DNA from: the human T2T-CHM13v2.0 reference genome, Homo sapiens
NCBI RefSeq assembly: GCF_009914755.1
Contig: NC_060927.1
Reading direction: 5' to 3' (one strand)
DNA length: 64,000 nucleotides
Shown: piece after piece, positions 1 through 13,999 of the stretch
Position numbering within the stretch: position 1 is the stretch's first letter
Layout: every line of letters starts with the position of its first letter
Translations under genes and position numbers: made by a program
Notes under the pieces: model-generated
What the model saw: the letters and a program-made list of their open reading frames with translations, nothing else
Told to the model about the DNA's origin: nothing
Databases searched by the model: none

Positions 1-2136
1 CTTATTTGGTGAGGTCAGGTTTTCTTTGATGGTCTTAATACTTGCAGATATTTATCTGTGTCTGGGAGTTGAAGAGCTAGGCATTTAAATTAGTCTTTGT
101 AGACTGGGCTTGTTTGTACCTATTGTTCTTGGGAAGGCTTTCCAGATATTTGAAAAAAATTGAGTTTTGTGGTCTAAGCTGTATCTGCTTTAGGGGCCAT
201 CCCAAGCCCAGTAACGCTATGGTTCTTGCAGACTCATAGAGGTACCAGCTTGATGGTCTTGAACAATATCCAGAACAATTTTCTAGATGACCAGGCAGAG
301 ACTCTTGTTCTTGTCCTCTACTTTCTCCCAAACAAACAGGGTCTCTATTTCTTTTCTAATCCACCTGTAGCTGGGGGTAGAGTGACATAAGCATGACTAT
401 GGTCACCACCACAAGGACTGCACTAGGTCAGACATTAAGCCAGCACAGCACTGGGTCTCACCCAAGGCCTGCTATAACCACTCCCTGGCTACTGCCCATG
501 TTTGCTCAAGATCTGGGGACTCTACAATCAGTAGAGGACAAACACAACCAGGCTTATGTCCTTCACTTTATGGCAGTGAGTTTCCCAGGCCTTGGGTGGG
601 TCCGAAGTTGCCTTCAGGAGTTAAGGCATCTTAGCAGTAGGAGTAGTTAAAAAAAATCTTAGAAGTCTACATAGTATTCCATTGTACTGTGGCAGAGCTA
701 GCACTCACATCAAAAGATGCAGTTACTTGCATTTTTCATATTCCAGAATTTCTGCTTAACACAGAGAATCACAGAGAACTGCATTTCCACTCTTCTCTCC
801 CCTTTCAAAAGGCAGAAGAGTCTTACTCTATGGTCCTGATCATTACAGGCCCATGGGCAGTACCAGCAAATTACCACTGATGTTCCCTTAAGGCCCAAGG
901 GCTCTTCAGTCAGCTTGTGGTGAATGCTGCCTGGCCTGAGACTCCACAGGACAGCGGATTCCCCTCTGGGCCTGATTAGGTTTAGAAATGTCATTTAAGA
1001 GCCAAGTCCTGCAATCCAGATTCTAAGAGACTCCTAGTTGCTTTACCCTGCTGTGGGTGAGCTGTGAACTAAGGTGCAAGCAAACTTTCCCCCTGCCTTT
1101 CTTAAGCATAAGTAGTCTTGCCTTAACACCACCATAACTGGTAATGTGCTGAGTCACACCTGAAGCCAGTAAGTATCAGAGGCTCACCAGAGGCCCTTTA
1201 TGTAAGACCTGGATATCACTGCTGGTTGTTCAGGGCCCCAGGGCTCTTCAGTTAGCAGGTTATAAATTCTGCTAGGGCTGGGTCTTTCCTTTCAATGCAG
1301 CAGGTTCCCTTCTGGCCCAAGGTGTGTCTAGAAATGTCATCCAGTAGCTGGGGCTTGGAAAGGAGGCCTCATGACTCTGACTGGTGCTCTATCCTGCAGT
1401 GGCTGAGCTGTTATTCAAGATGTAAGACAATGTCTTTCCTGCTCTTCTCACTCCCCTCCTCAGTAGAAGCTCCTTTTGAAGCTGTGGGCTGTGCAGCTGG
1501 GGGTTAAGTAGTGGGGTGATGCCAGGACTCCCTTGGCTGCCCTAGCTGGTGCCTCAGTATGTCACATGCCCCCATGTCACTGGTTGTCAGCCAAGTTCAG
1601 CAGTAGGACTTGTCTAGGAGCTGCGGTCTTCATGGTCTAGATGGCCTTTAACATTAGGTAGGGCACCTGAGCACTTTAGCCCATGGTGGCAAGGTTTGTG
1701 GGAACTCAAGTTCAGACTGCTGGAATCAGGGATTCCCCCCTGGCAAGGGTTGGTTTAAGTGCTCCCTTGTAGGTTGGAGTCAGTTGAATTTGGTCCAGTT
1801 TTGCCATCTGCTATAACAGAGCAACACTGAATTCAATGCCTTACAAATGTTGTACTCCCCCTCTCCTGAGTTCACAGAATCACTCTCTGCATCATGCTGC
1901 TGCTGCTACAGGATGGGAGAATGGTGGTATCAGTGATTCAAGACTGTTTTTCCTACATCTTCAGTGCCTTTTTCAATGCTGTGGAGTTAAAACCAGGTAC
2001 TGTAAGTGCTCGCCTTATTTTTGGTTCTTATGATAGTACTATTTTGTGTAGATAGTTGTTAAATTGGTAATTGATTTTCTTGCAGGCAGCAACGGTGATC
2101 AGTTAAGCCTTCTATTCTGCCATCTTGCTCCACCCT
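1..2136 (-). mobile_element. L1 5' region (5'UTR/ORF1 start), L1M1/L1MA1-3-like; continues beyond the left edge of the window
   Basis: Matches remembered antisense L1M1 5' sequence (ccccaagcccagtaacgct..., gaccaggcagagactcttgttct) and ends in the L1 5'-terminal motif ttctgccatcttgctcc (YY1-like). Confidence 0.8.
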
Positions 2137-2595
2137 GCTGTTTTTAAATATTTATTAAATCAGTCTGATCCTCTCTATTACCACTGCCCTAATGTGGACC
2201 ATTATCAAGTTTTCATGGATTATTACAACAGCCTCTCTTCATGCCTGCAGTCTTAAACCCTTCCATTTTTCCCTGCAGAGAAATGTCAAAGTAGCATGTC
2301 CTAAAATACAAGCTCATAGGAAATTTATTGTTCTCACATGTAGTACAAAGTTCAGGCTCTTCACTGTGAAGCATTCTGCATGGTACCTATGAGCTGTGCA
2401 AATGTCTGTTGAAGAAACAAATGGACAATAAATAAAGAGGTGAACAAGGCAAATAAGGCATAATCAGATTCCTTCATGCTTTCTCTTCTTCATCTTTTAT
2501 CTTTTTTTATCGTGTACTTTTGCCTTCCACATTGATCCCTCCTTAGAACTACTCTCTCTTTCTTTGCCTTGCTAATACCTAATACCTAGTCAACC

Positions 2596-2886
2596 TTTTT
2601 TTTTTTTTAGACTGAGTCTCACTCTGTCACCCAGGCTGGAGTGTGGTGGTGCAATCTCTGCTCACTGCAACCTCCGCTTCCCAGGTTCAAGCAATTTTCT
2701 GCCTCGGCCTCCCGAGTAGCCGGGATTATAGGCACCCACCATCATGCCTGAGTAATTTTTGTATTTTTAGCAGAGATGGGGTTTCACCATCTTGTCCAGG
2801 CTGGTCTTGAACTCCTGACCTTGTGATCCACCCACCTGGGCCTCCCAAAGTGCTGGGATTACAGGTGTGAGCCACCGTGCCTGGCC
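2596..2886 (-). mobile_element. AluS (AluSg-like)
   Basis: polyT followed by a full antisense Alu dimer ending gagccaccgtgcctggcc; ctgaccttgtgatcc lacks the 2 bp found in Sx/Sq. Confidence 0.95.
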
Positions 2887-3022
2887 ACCTCATCAATTTT
2901 TAAGACTCAACTTAGAAGTAATCTCTTCACTGAAGTTTTCTGGACCCCTCCTCTTGCATTCCTCTCCCCACAGTATTTCAAATATTGGAAACCTTTCCTC
3001 ATATTGATTCATATTAGCCTAT

Positions 3023-3432
3023 TAATATTGTTTGGAAATTTGTCCTCTCCAAGACTCATGTTGAAATGTGATTTCCAGTATTAGAGGAAGGGCCTTGTGG
3101 GAGGTGTTTGTTTGGGTCATGGGAACGGATCCCTCATGAATGGCTTGGTGCCCTCCCCATTGTAATGAATTCACATGAGATCTGGTTGTTTAAAAAGGGA
3201 CCTGGTACCTCTTTCTCTCTTTCTTACTTGCTCTCTCCATGTGAGATGCTGTCTCCTTTTGCTTTCACCATGATTGTAAGTTTCCTGAGACCTCACCAGA
3301 AGCAGATACTGGTGTAATGCTGCTTGCACAGTCTGCAGAACTGAGTTAAAACAACCTCTTTTCTTTATAAATATATATAAATATTAACCAGTCTCACGTA
3401 TTCCTTTATAGCAATATAAATGTACTAAGACA
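3023..3432 (+). mobile_element. MSTB-type MaLR solo LTR
   Basis: MSTB-like text (ggatccctcatgaatggcttggtgccc; ttcctttatagcaat...aagaca) with 5 bp TSD CCTAT at 3018-3022 and 3433-3437. Confidence 0.9.
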
Positions 3433-4189
3433 CCTATGTATATGTCTACCTCTGAACACAGCTCCACTGCATTTTAGCCATTTATTTTCATGTCTCTCGT
3501 TATACCTAAACTCATTTACTTAAGGACAGAGATCATATCATATATAAATATTTGCATCCTAACATGAAATTCACTCTTTTCCCTCACTTATAGTTACTTA
3601 ATACATGTTTATAGAATGAATGCAGAGTTGAATAACTTAACTAATAGTAAATAACAATCATATTTTTCCAATCTGTGTATGTCTGGGGGAAGAATTAATG
3701 AACATAATTTCTGCCTTTTAAAGTTTGTCAGTTATAATTCTTAACGTTTTTCTGAAAAACATAAATATATTCAGCTGAAAACTTTCATATAGGGTACATT
3801 TATAAATATTAGCACTTCTTTGTTTTTATTCAGAAAAATGCCAAAGATGTTGAATATTTTACAAATATACTCTATGGGAAAATCCTGGAATGATATGGTT
3901 ATGCTTTATTCAAAGGCTTTGGAGTTCTTTTATTCCCATATTTGACTGGAGTTATGATTTTATATTGAATGCTATGCATATATTCTGTCAAGAAAGTTTC
4001 TTTAGATTGTGTGAGAGAATTAAATGTATTAACATGTCTTGACACGCTGCTTTAGGTAAATTCTTGAGTCATTTATGACATATTAAGGTGGTATTGTTCA
4101 CATTGGGGTTACAGCAACAGATAAACAATATTCACACATTATGGGAGATATTTTATGGAGTAACGCATAAATTATGTAAGAAAGGTTAG

Positions 4190-4580
4190 TGAGACCAAAG
4201 TGAGTGAACCAAGAAAGGAGTGTTAAGAGATGGGTAGGAGAGGTAGACAGGGGTTAAAATGAGTAGTTTAGATTGAATTATTATTGCAGGAGAAGCCACT
4301 GGACGATTTTTCAACAGAAGAGTAATAAGAAGATAGACCAAAGGACTTGCTGTTGTCTTAGATGCTAAATATTAAAAATAAGTGAAGGAAAGATGAAAAA
4401 CAAGGGTCTTTCCTTGAGAAACAAGGTGAGTGGATGGTAATATCATTTATTAGGTTGATGCAATACTAAGAGAGGAAATACTCCAGAAAAAAAACTATGC
4501 AGAGAGTGGAGATCAAGAATTGAGATAAAATCATGTTGGGTTTGAGAAGCCTATTATCAAAAATGCAAGTGAATATGCCT
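4190..4580 (-). mobile_element. L2 fragment
   Basis: Purine-rich antisense L2 motifs (gagaagccactgga; ggatggtaatatcatttat; catgttgggtttgagaagcctat). Confidence 0.55.
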
Positions 4581-5845
4581 TCTAAGAGCTGTGTCAACAG
4601 ATCAATTATGAGAACCTTAGGAGAGCATAATATATGTTAAATTATTAATATGTACTGTGACTTAATACGTTACCTTTCTCAAGTAATATATTTGCATTTT
4701 AATGAGTTTTCACTAAACACTTTGACCCAGATAAATTGCTCTAATACTCGCCATACCAATCATGTATCAGACTATGAGAGTTGAGTGCTGTGATAGGCTG
4801 TGATAGGCAATAATTATTTTGAAAGACATAGGCACCCCACCACTCTACTGAAACACAGGTCTCATAGTTGCCCAGTTGAGTAGTCTACCTCATCTGCTTC
4901 CCAAAATCACTTTTCCATACTCACATTTCCGGAATACAGCCTTAGGAAATATGAATCCCCCACATATGCCCATCAAGAGATTTTCCTGATGAAAATTTTA
5001 AAAGATTTGAGAACCTATTCAACAGTTAATTTGTGGTCATCTTTTTTCACTCAATGAATAAAGTTAATAAGTTTTTATCTAATAATTAAGTAGCTAATGT
5101 ATCATTAAAGTATTTTTAGGATGTTTTAAAATATCAATGGATAATATGTTAGATACCTAACTATGCTTTTTCTTTTTCAATATTCAAAACAAAAGAAAAT
5201 GTTTACTTGATTTACTATGAGTCTAGTCTTTCAGGGTCAGAAAAATCACTAAAATCAGAGTAATGACATGTTATCTCCCAGTTTGAAAAATGGTAATTCA
5301 GAACCCAGTGCTTCATGTGAAACACTCTTAAGCTGAGGAGAGTGAAAGTAAACTGAGGGCAGGGAGGAAATGGAGTCTTGAAAGAGAATGTCAGTGCTTT
5401 TCATATTCTTACTTTCACACAGTTCTAATTCACATTAGCAGGGAGATGAACACATAGTGGGATTATGTTGTGATTTGGCCTTATTTCATTTCTGTACACT
5501 AAATTATTACTTAGACATTATTCTATTCCATGTAAGGCAAAAAATTTCTCTCCTTGTAAAAACATTTTCTATATTTATGTTTATGTAGCTCCTATAAGTA
5601 AAAATGGCTGCATTGTTTAGCCCCAAATACAATCTCTCGGGGTATAACATTAAGATATTTAAAATACTTTATTAAATATTTAAAATAGCTTATTAAAAGA
5701 TGAATCTCAGAACAAGTGCCTGAAAGTTATAGGATATCTTGAAACTGTATTGAGCCTAAAATGAAAAAATAATTAATATGATCATCTTAATAATTTATAA
5801 ATGTTATAATTAATAATTTATAAATATAGGCTTTATTTAATACAG

Positions 5846-6115
5846 GTGTATCAGCTCCCACTCTGTAACAATAAACACTAGAACTTAATGATTAAATATG
5901 TTTTTCTTTTTAGATTTCTTATGAGCCTACTGATTTTCTTGGTGGCTTGACTGATTTGGGACAACCTCAGTTCATTTCAGTTGGGCCTGTTCAGTCAGGT
6001 GAAACAGCTGTCAGAATGACCGAGTTCTGGCTGTCTAGGATGGTTTCCTTGAATTCATTCATAGCTTGCTAGGCATGAATCTGAAAACAGATGCTTCAAA
6101 GTTGCAAGATGCCTT
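5846..6115 (-). mobile_element. Old MLT1-type MaLR LTR fragment
   Basis: Starts tgtatcagct...tgtaacaa with MLT1-like ggctgtctaggatgg; heavily diverged. Confidence 0.4.
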
Positions 6116-6168
6116 TTAACAGAATTATATTACTTTTCTTAATTTTGAAAGAACAGTGAATAGAGGAT

Positions 6169-6483
6169 TTTTTTAATTTATTTTTTATTTTTTTAAATTT
6201 TTTTATTATTATACTTTAAGTTTTAGGGTACATGTGCACAATGTGCAGGTTACTTACATATGTATACATGTGCCATGCTGGTGTGCTGCACCCACTAACT
6301 CATCATCTAGCATTAGGTATATCTCCCAATGCTATCTCTCCCCACTCCCCCAACCCCACAACAGGCCCCAGAGTGTGATGTTCCCCTTCCTGTGTCCATG
6401 TGTTCTCATTGTTCAATTCCCACCTATGAGTGAGAATATGCGGTGTTTGGTTTTTTGTTCTTGCGATAGTTTACTGAGAATGA
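6169..6483 (-). mobile_element. Young 5'-truncated L1PA2/3 3' end
   Basis: Near-consensus L1PA 3'UTR (cccactaactcatcatctagcattaggtatatctcc; ttcttgcgatagtttactgagaatga); perfect 12 bp TSD TGAATAGAGGAT at 6157-6168 and 6481-6492. Confidence 0.95.
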
Positions 6484-7029
6484 ATAGAGGATATTTAGGA
6501 ATTTTTAGTCATGTGTTTTGTTTAAGCTAGTCTGATAATTTTAAAAAGTTTATCATTGTTATCATTTTATACACATAGCACAGAACAACTGTTTGATGGA
6601 AAATACAAGGTCTTATAACTTCATGCTTGGGCTCAAAAAGCTACTTACCATCAAATTTGCTTCAATTATGTTTAAATGAACTAAACTTTCTGATCATCCT
6701 TTAACTGCTTAGCAGGGTGCACAAAAGTATGTGTTCAATTAAGTTAAGACTACTGGCCTTCCCAAATTTTAATTGGTCTCTGTGTTTTATAGGTGAGCCA
6801 ACAGTATTCTAGAGTTGATATAATGTAATTAAATTTTAATAAATTCTCTGCAAATTAACATAGGAATTAATGGAAAGCATTTCCAAATTACATAATTTGT
6901 ATAATCTTTGTGAGTTTATTTCACAAGGTACCTTTTCAGAGATAAAAAATGTAATTCTAAAAAAGTGTTAGGTAATTAAAAGATGAATAAAGTGATCAGT
7001 AAATGATATGTCAACAATGTTAAGCTATT

Positions 7030-7930
7030 ATTTTCAAATTCTTTTCTATTTAGAAAAGTAATATATTAATTGTAGAGACTGGACATTTAAAAATACATAA
7101 AAAGCATAAAAACATTCAAAATTTTGTTATGCATAAATTAAATTAATCATGGAATAATATCATGTATATAAAGATACAGTTAAAATTTCTTTTAATTTTA
7201 TTAATATTATGTAATAAGCATAATTTTCTTGCGTATTTTTGAAGCATTGTTTTTAATATAAAGTTTCTAGAACATAGTAACTACATAAAATACATTAAAC
7301 ACACATTTTCCTCAGGTATGAAAAATTATTTAATTAGTCTTTTTTTGAACCTTTGTTCTTTTTGAATGTTTCTTTTGTTATTAAAAGCAAGGCTGCGATG
7401 AAGCTAAATATCTGTGTACATGACTCAGTGCTTTCCTCCTGATACTGAATACTTTTTTATAAGTTTGTAGACGTGGACTACTAGTCCACATCTTTTTCCT
7501 GTGCGTCTCCAATCCAACCCAGAGTACTCTCTCACTCTCTCTTTTTCTTCCTGCCCCCTTCTACATCTCTAACTTTATTTAAATATCTGCCAATTTGAGA
7601 AGCCACATAAGTGTGTTGAATTAATTTTCTTTGCATTGTGTTATCAGTAGGAGTGATTTAAAAAAATTAAATGCTTATTGCATTTCTTTTGTGGAAAAAT
7701 GCATATTTATACACTTTACCATTTCTCTGTTGAATTTTCAAACTTTGACTAAACTTTTTATATAATACAAAATCAACCTTTTATCTAAAATTGACCTTAG
7801 TTTTTTTGTTTTAGATTTATATTTAAAATGTCCTCCATGTCTAGGGTTTACAGAAGTAATAATATCTTCTTGATTTCCTTCATGACAGAGATAGTTTTTA
7901 AAATGTGATGTTGCATACATTTTTATTAAT
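7030..7930 (-). mobile_element. Old L1ME-type fragments
   Basis: Degenerate antisense L1 3' text (aaggctgcgatgaa; tctgccaatttgag; ttctctgttgaatt). Confidence 0.45.
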
Positions 7931-8500
7931 ATGTTTAGTAAAAACAAGGGCATAGCAGAAACCACAGTGATGAAATACTAAATAAAAGATGAAATGATAA
8001 TAAGGAAAGCTTCAAAATATGATGCTAGTGGGTCACTGCACACAAGAATTAATCCTGATGGGAACTGTCTGCCCTGGCACCTTTATTCTTCTAGTTGATT
8101 AGCTGTCACATGTGGTAACTTGGTAGATTGTGCATTATCATAAAACTTTCAGAATCACGCTGAAAGCCAAAGCATATCATAGCTATTTCTTCTCCCTAAA
8201 GATGACTTGAAACCAATAGCTACTCTTCAACTCTTCTCATCTCTCCAAACTGCACATTTCACACAAGTCGTAAAGTACCTTAAATAGGTAAATATCTCAT
8301 TTTGATTTATATTTCCACAGAGATGACCTAAGCACAGAGTTCTTTATAAAAACCTATGCTTGAATAAATTTGGCCAGATTGCAGAATCAGGAAGGAAATA
8401 GATTTAGAGGTTAACATTTATACGAAGGTCAAGTGCTTTGGAAACAAAAAATAAATGGATATTTGTACAGTATAAAAGTCCCTTTATTATGCATATTCTC

Positions 8501-9192
8501 TATTTTTTTGAATTTTACTTTAAGTTCTGGGATACATGTGCTGAACGTGCAGGTTACATAGGTTTACATGTGCCATGGTGATTTGCTGCACCCATCAACC
8601 CGTCATCTAGGTTTTAAGCCTCACATGCATTAGGTATTTGTCTTAATGCTTTCCCTCCCCTTGGCCCCCAGCCCCTGTCCGGCCCTGGTGTGTGATGTTT
8701 CCCTCCCTGTGTACATGTGTTCTCATTGTTCAACTCCCATTTGTGAGTGAGAACATGCGACGTTTGGTTTTCTCTTCCTGTGTTAGTTTGCTGAGGATGA
8801 TGGCTTCCAGCTTCATCCATGTCCCTGCAAAGGACATGAACTCATTCTTTTTTATGGCTGCATAGTATTCCATGATGTATATATGCCACATTTTCTTTAT
8901 CCAGTCTATCATTGTCTATCATTGGTAGGCATTTGTGTTGTTCCTAAGTCTTGGCTATTGTAAACAGTGCTTCAATAAACATATGCGTGCATGTCTTTAT
9001 GGTAGAATGATTTACAATCCTTTGGGTATACAGCTGGTAATGGGATGGCTTGGTCAAATAGTATTTCTGGTTCTAGATTCTTGAGGAATCGCCACTCTGT
9101 CTTCCACAATGGTTGAACTAATTTACACATCCAACAACAGTGTACAAGCATTCCTATTTCTCCACAGCCTCACCAGCATCTGTTGTTTCCTG
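8501..9192 (-). mobile_element. L1PA8-like 3' end including the ORF2 C-terminus
   Basis: tctaggttttaagcc...tgcattaggtatttg; ORF 8730-8912 DWIKKMWHIYIMEYYAAIKKNE is the L1 ORF2p C-terminus. Confidence 0.92.
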
Positions 9193-9209
9193 TAAAAGCC
9201 CCCTCACCC

Positions 9210-9497
<288 letters not shown>

Positions 9498-11239
9498 ACA
9501 TAATCTTGTTTTAAGTAACAGATTCTTTTTGACACAAGTTATTGTTTCATCTTCTTTGTAAGAATTTAAAGAGAGAAGAATTTTTATCAATTTGAAATCT
9601 TGGTTTCATCATGTAATAATAAAGCACATTTTCACTTTCATAATTAATAAATGGATCATGGTTTGCTCACATTTTGAAATATAGTACAGAACACAATAAA
9701 AATGGGAATATGTTGAAGATAATTTAAACTTAAATCATTTAATATATTAGCAAAAAGTACAGAAAGGAGATTATAAACATTTGAAAAATGAGACTAATAA
9801 TAACCTTAAATCAAATAACAAATGATTTTTGAAGCTCTTTTATTTTCTTCTGTAACATTGGTGAAGAAATATAGACTCTTCTCCATGTAGTACAAAACGG
9901 AAATCCTTCGTTTTATTATGTTCACATTTCTGAAAAATTGATGCATGTTTCAAAGAATTGATTGGGAATTGCTGCACTTTACATGTTTAGAAACATATCC
10001 AGATATGGAAATCACAGCATACATAGGGCTTTTTAATAAGGAATGACTTCTCATTCACACATTATAATTTTAATTGTCCTTTTTTGAAAGATATTAGAAC
10101 AATCAACAAGATCTGAAATCATTTTAGGCAAGAATGAATAGACTATCATTTCAATAAGAAGTTGAATTGTGATAAAAGAGGAAAGCACACTACATTTATT
10201 TTATTTAGTTTGGGAGTCAATCATGTAGACACAAAGATAATTTACAGTCTTATGTGCACACACTTAACACCCAAGATAAAGTAATGTTTTTTAACTTATT
10301 ATTTCATATTGAAAGGTATTTTTAATGTGGGGAGAAGCAAGAAGGGAAGCGAAAATATAACCCCATACCAGTAAAATTTAAAAGGCAAAAATCCTCTAAA
10401 ATACAAAGCCTTGGAGGACAATCTCTGTTCTGAACTGTTGCTGAAAACAAACTGAAATAATGTAAAGACAACCAAAAAGGAACTCCTAAAGCTGCCTGGG
10501 GCAGATGATAGTATTTTCTCAGGACACATTTAAGTAAGAGCAGCAAGACAAAAAAGAGGAACAAGAAAGGCAAACTAGACAGGGTCATTGTTATGGAAAA
10601 GTTCTCAGTAGCAAGGCCTTATTTCTATAAAAAAGATAATTCATACTCATACTTTATTAATACCAATGTGAGATCCAGGATAACAGATCCAAATTTCCTG
10701 CTGCATTGTAGATGAGGCAGCAGAGTGCAACCATAGCTCACCTTTTGGGATTTTAGAAAAGTCTGAGTTTCAGTTATCTTACCGTAAATATCAGGCTAAC
10801 ATCACTTTCATTGATATTTCAGTACTGTCTGGAAAATATGAACGAATATCTGAACACACTTTTAAAAATAGTGGTGTTTCATACTAATATCAAGTAATAA
10901 AGTATATTGTTTGAGTTCTACCTTTTTATGAAAAAAATTGAAGAAGGATTTCTTAAAGCTGTGGAAATAAAGACCTATGCTTGGTGTGATCATATAATTT
11001 ATTGTCCAAATCAAGATAGTTTTGAAAATAAGAAGCACTAAAATTATTAAAATGGTATCCATTTAAAAAAAACTTTGTGTATTGACTAATTGATTTTGTT
11101 AAATTGGATGAATTATAAAAAAACTATTAAAATCTATTTTTAAAAAATTTAATAACCTTTTAATAATTTCTATCTCTAGTACCAATTTACTGATATTTTT
11201 CTGAAGAATATTTATTTAAAACAGTTTCATACATATGTA

Positions 11240-13550
11240 ATTTCTTTATTAATTTCAACTTTTAATTAAAATATAAAATTCATCATTTTTAATTGTAGAG
11301 TTTGATAAATGGTAGTATATTTATAGTTGTATAACCATCACTACAGTCTAATCCTAGAACTTTTCCATCACCTTGGGCTCTAGGTGATTTGTTTTTATTA
11401 TTGTACAGCATGACTTGGTAAATGTATCACAATTTATAGATGAATTCTGCCGTTGTTTATCATTTAGATTATTTGCAGATTTGGCTTTTATAAATATAGC
11501 TACTATAAAAATTATTGTCCTTAACTTCTGGTGCACCTGAGGACACATCTCTGTTGTATATATCCATAAGAATAGAATTTTTAGGTCACAGCACAATCAT
11601 ATATTTATCTTAAGGAGATCATTCTACATTGCTTGGCACAGTGGCTTCTTCAATTTACATTTGTTCTTACAGTATACAAGACAATCTAATGCAATATATA
11701 TTCAGCCAAAGTTGGTACAGACAAATGTTAAACTTTCAGACATCTTAATATGTATAGTAATATCTCATTGAGGCTTTAAATTGTATTTTCCTGATAATTG
11801 ATAAAGTTAAACAAGTTCACATGTTAATTTTTCCTTTGAATATCTTCTTTACTGAAGTTTAAAAATCTATTTAAAAATTATGTTGTTTATCTTTTCTTCA
11901 TTAACATGATAACATTTTTATATATCTGGATAGAATAACCTTCTTGGTTATATATGTTGCTTTTCTACTCTGTGGATTTTCATTATATTAAATGTGTCTT
12001 GAGAAATGAAAGTTTACAACTTAAAATAATCCAATGTATACTATAGCATTTACAGTTAAAGCTCTGTATTCTTCTTAATGAGTACTTTTTAAACACATGC
12101 TATTTTAAGATATATTAATCTAAATATAGTAAATATTAATATTTTTAAGATAAATACTGTTTTAACTTGTGCTTTTAGATCTATCATTTAATATAAATTT
12201 ACTCATATGTATTTGTGGATTATGGGATTATGGGTTAGTTTCGCTTTTTATTTTCCAGTTTAGGTGGATGGCTGACCTAGTTCTGTTTACAGAATAGATC
12301 ATATTTTTCCCACTACTCTACATTAACACGTTTGTAGTAATTAAACTGTACTTATATACATGGGTTTGTTTTTATCCTCTCTATTCTGTTTTATCATTCT
12401 GTTCTTCCTAGAGTCAATACTTCATTATTTTAATTACTGTGATTTACAATAAGTCTTGATATCTAATAAGAGATATTATTCATTACTGTGTTAGGCCTCT
12501 GTTGATATCAAAGTATATAAGAACAATATAGTAATATGCATAAAAGTTATTTAAAATATACAAACTAACTTTGACCTAGCAGAAATTCTCACATTACTTT
12601 CTTCTTAAAGATTTTTCTGAATAATTTAAATCTTTTTTATGTCCAATTATATTTTTAAACCCATTTGTCTTTTTCTAAAAAGTTTATGTTTATGTTGAGA
12701 TCACATTAAATTTGTATATTTGCAGTATTATCTCTTACAGTGGATGAATATGTCATATTTATTTGTTTTTCTTTAATTTCTCTAAATAATGTTTTATAAT
12801 TTTGCTATGTAGATGCCTCGCACATTGTTTAGACTTATTTTTTCTTGCTGTTGTAAGTGGCACATTTTATAAAATTATATCTTTTAAACATCTGTTGCTA
12901 ATACAATTACTTTTGTACTCACAATTCTTGTTTGAGGCCACTTATTACATTAAATATTTTTTCTCAGTTTTTAAATTTTTTTACACAAATAATGAAGTTG
13001 TCTATGCATCACAAGTTAGAGTTATTTTCCTTTTCAACTTTTATTATGGTTTGTTTGTTTTTCATGACTTATTTTATTCTCAAGAACTGCCTTTGTAATG
13101 CTGAATAGACATTGTAGTAATGGTCATCCTTATCTCTTTATATCACAGAAAAACATCTTCCAAAATTTCTCCTGTAATTTTGTTGATTTTTATTGTTGTT
13201 TTTTAGATGATTAAGAAATTCCTCCTTCTAGTTGTAGTGTGCTATGTGTTTTGGCAATAAGTGGATGTTTAATTGTTTCAGAAATAATTGTCAAACATTA
13301 AAAACAAATTTGTACTTCTGAATGTGTTAAATTTGAGTGTACTTCTAAATTTACTGATAATGTGTATTTTTACTTCTACGTTCATGAGTGAGTTGGGTTT
13401 GTAATTTTCCTTCCTTATAATATCCTTCTCAGGTTTAAGTTTTAAAGTAATTCTTTCTTCATAAATTGAACTATGGCTAGTTTTATAGAAAAGTTGCTGT
13501 GACTTTGGTATTATTTCCCCATTTAAAATTGTAAAATCCAGTAAGGCTAT
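11240..13550 (-). mobile_element. Old L1M (MC/MD/ME-class) 3' end plus degenerate ORF2
   Basis: ataaccatcactacagtc...agaacttttccatcacc 3'UTR followed by colinear degenerate antisense ORF2. Confidence 0.7.
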
Positions 13551-13657
13551 CTGGGGTACTGCCCTCCAATTTCAAGTTCTGTTCAGCAATCTGTTCTCAG
13601 AAGCCTCTACTGTAATTGTCAGGGAGATACTTCTACAAATCTGCAAGGTCCCTAGGA

Positions 13658-13844
13658 CAGTGTTTCTCCAAGTGTGCTCCTCACACAAGTAGCAGCAATG
13701 TCACCAAGAAACTTGCTAGAAATGCAAATCGCCAAGCCCCTTTTAATACGTGCTGAATTAGAAATTCTGAGGTTGGGGCCATCAGTCTTTGTTTAAATAA
13801 ACTTCCCAGATGACTTTGATGTGAACCGAAATTTGAGAACTACC
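13658..13844. mobile_element. MER5A (hAT-Charlie MITE)
   Basis: cagtgtttctccaagtgtg ... agaaatgcaaat ... atttgagaactac, with terminal inverted ends. Confidence 0.85.
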
Positions 13845-13999
13845 TTAAGAGAAAGCAACTCAAATGTCAGACTCTCTTTTTTTGCCTTCTCTGATGTCTT
13901 GGCAGAAAGTATTCACTATCTTGTTAGTACTACATTGACATCGACATATATGAAAACAACATAATTATATGTATAAAAAATATTGAAAGTATAAAAACT

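Larger units (their letters stand above)
2160..3620 (+). mobile_element. Degenerate L2 3' fragments interrupted by an Alu and an MSTB LTR
   Basis: L2-like blocks (ggattattacaacagcctc; aagactcaacttagaagt...; aaggacagagatcat...; terminal gaatgaatg). Confidence 0.55.

Noticed and set aside
430-1430. Internal repeats such as gggctcttcagt(c/t)agc at about 899 and 1241
   Set aside because: Repeated modules belong to the L1M1-type 5'UTR
5655-5826. Short AT-rich tandem duplications
   Set aside because: Ordinary low-complexity slippage
10783-10828. Possible 46 nt minus-strand exon (ttttccag|...acg|gtaaga)
   Set aside because: Stops in all three frames; unsupported without RNA data
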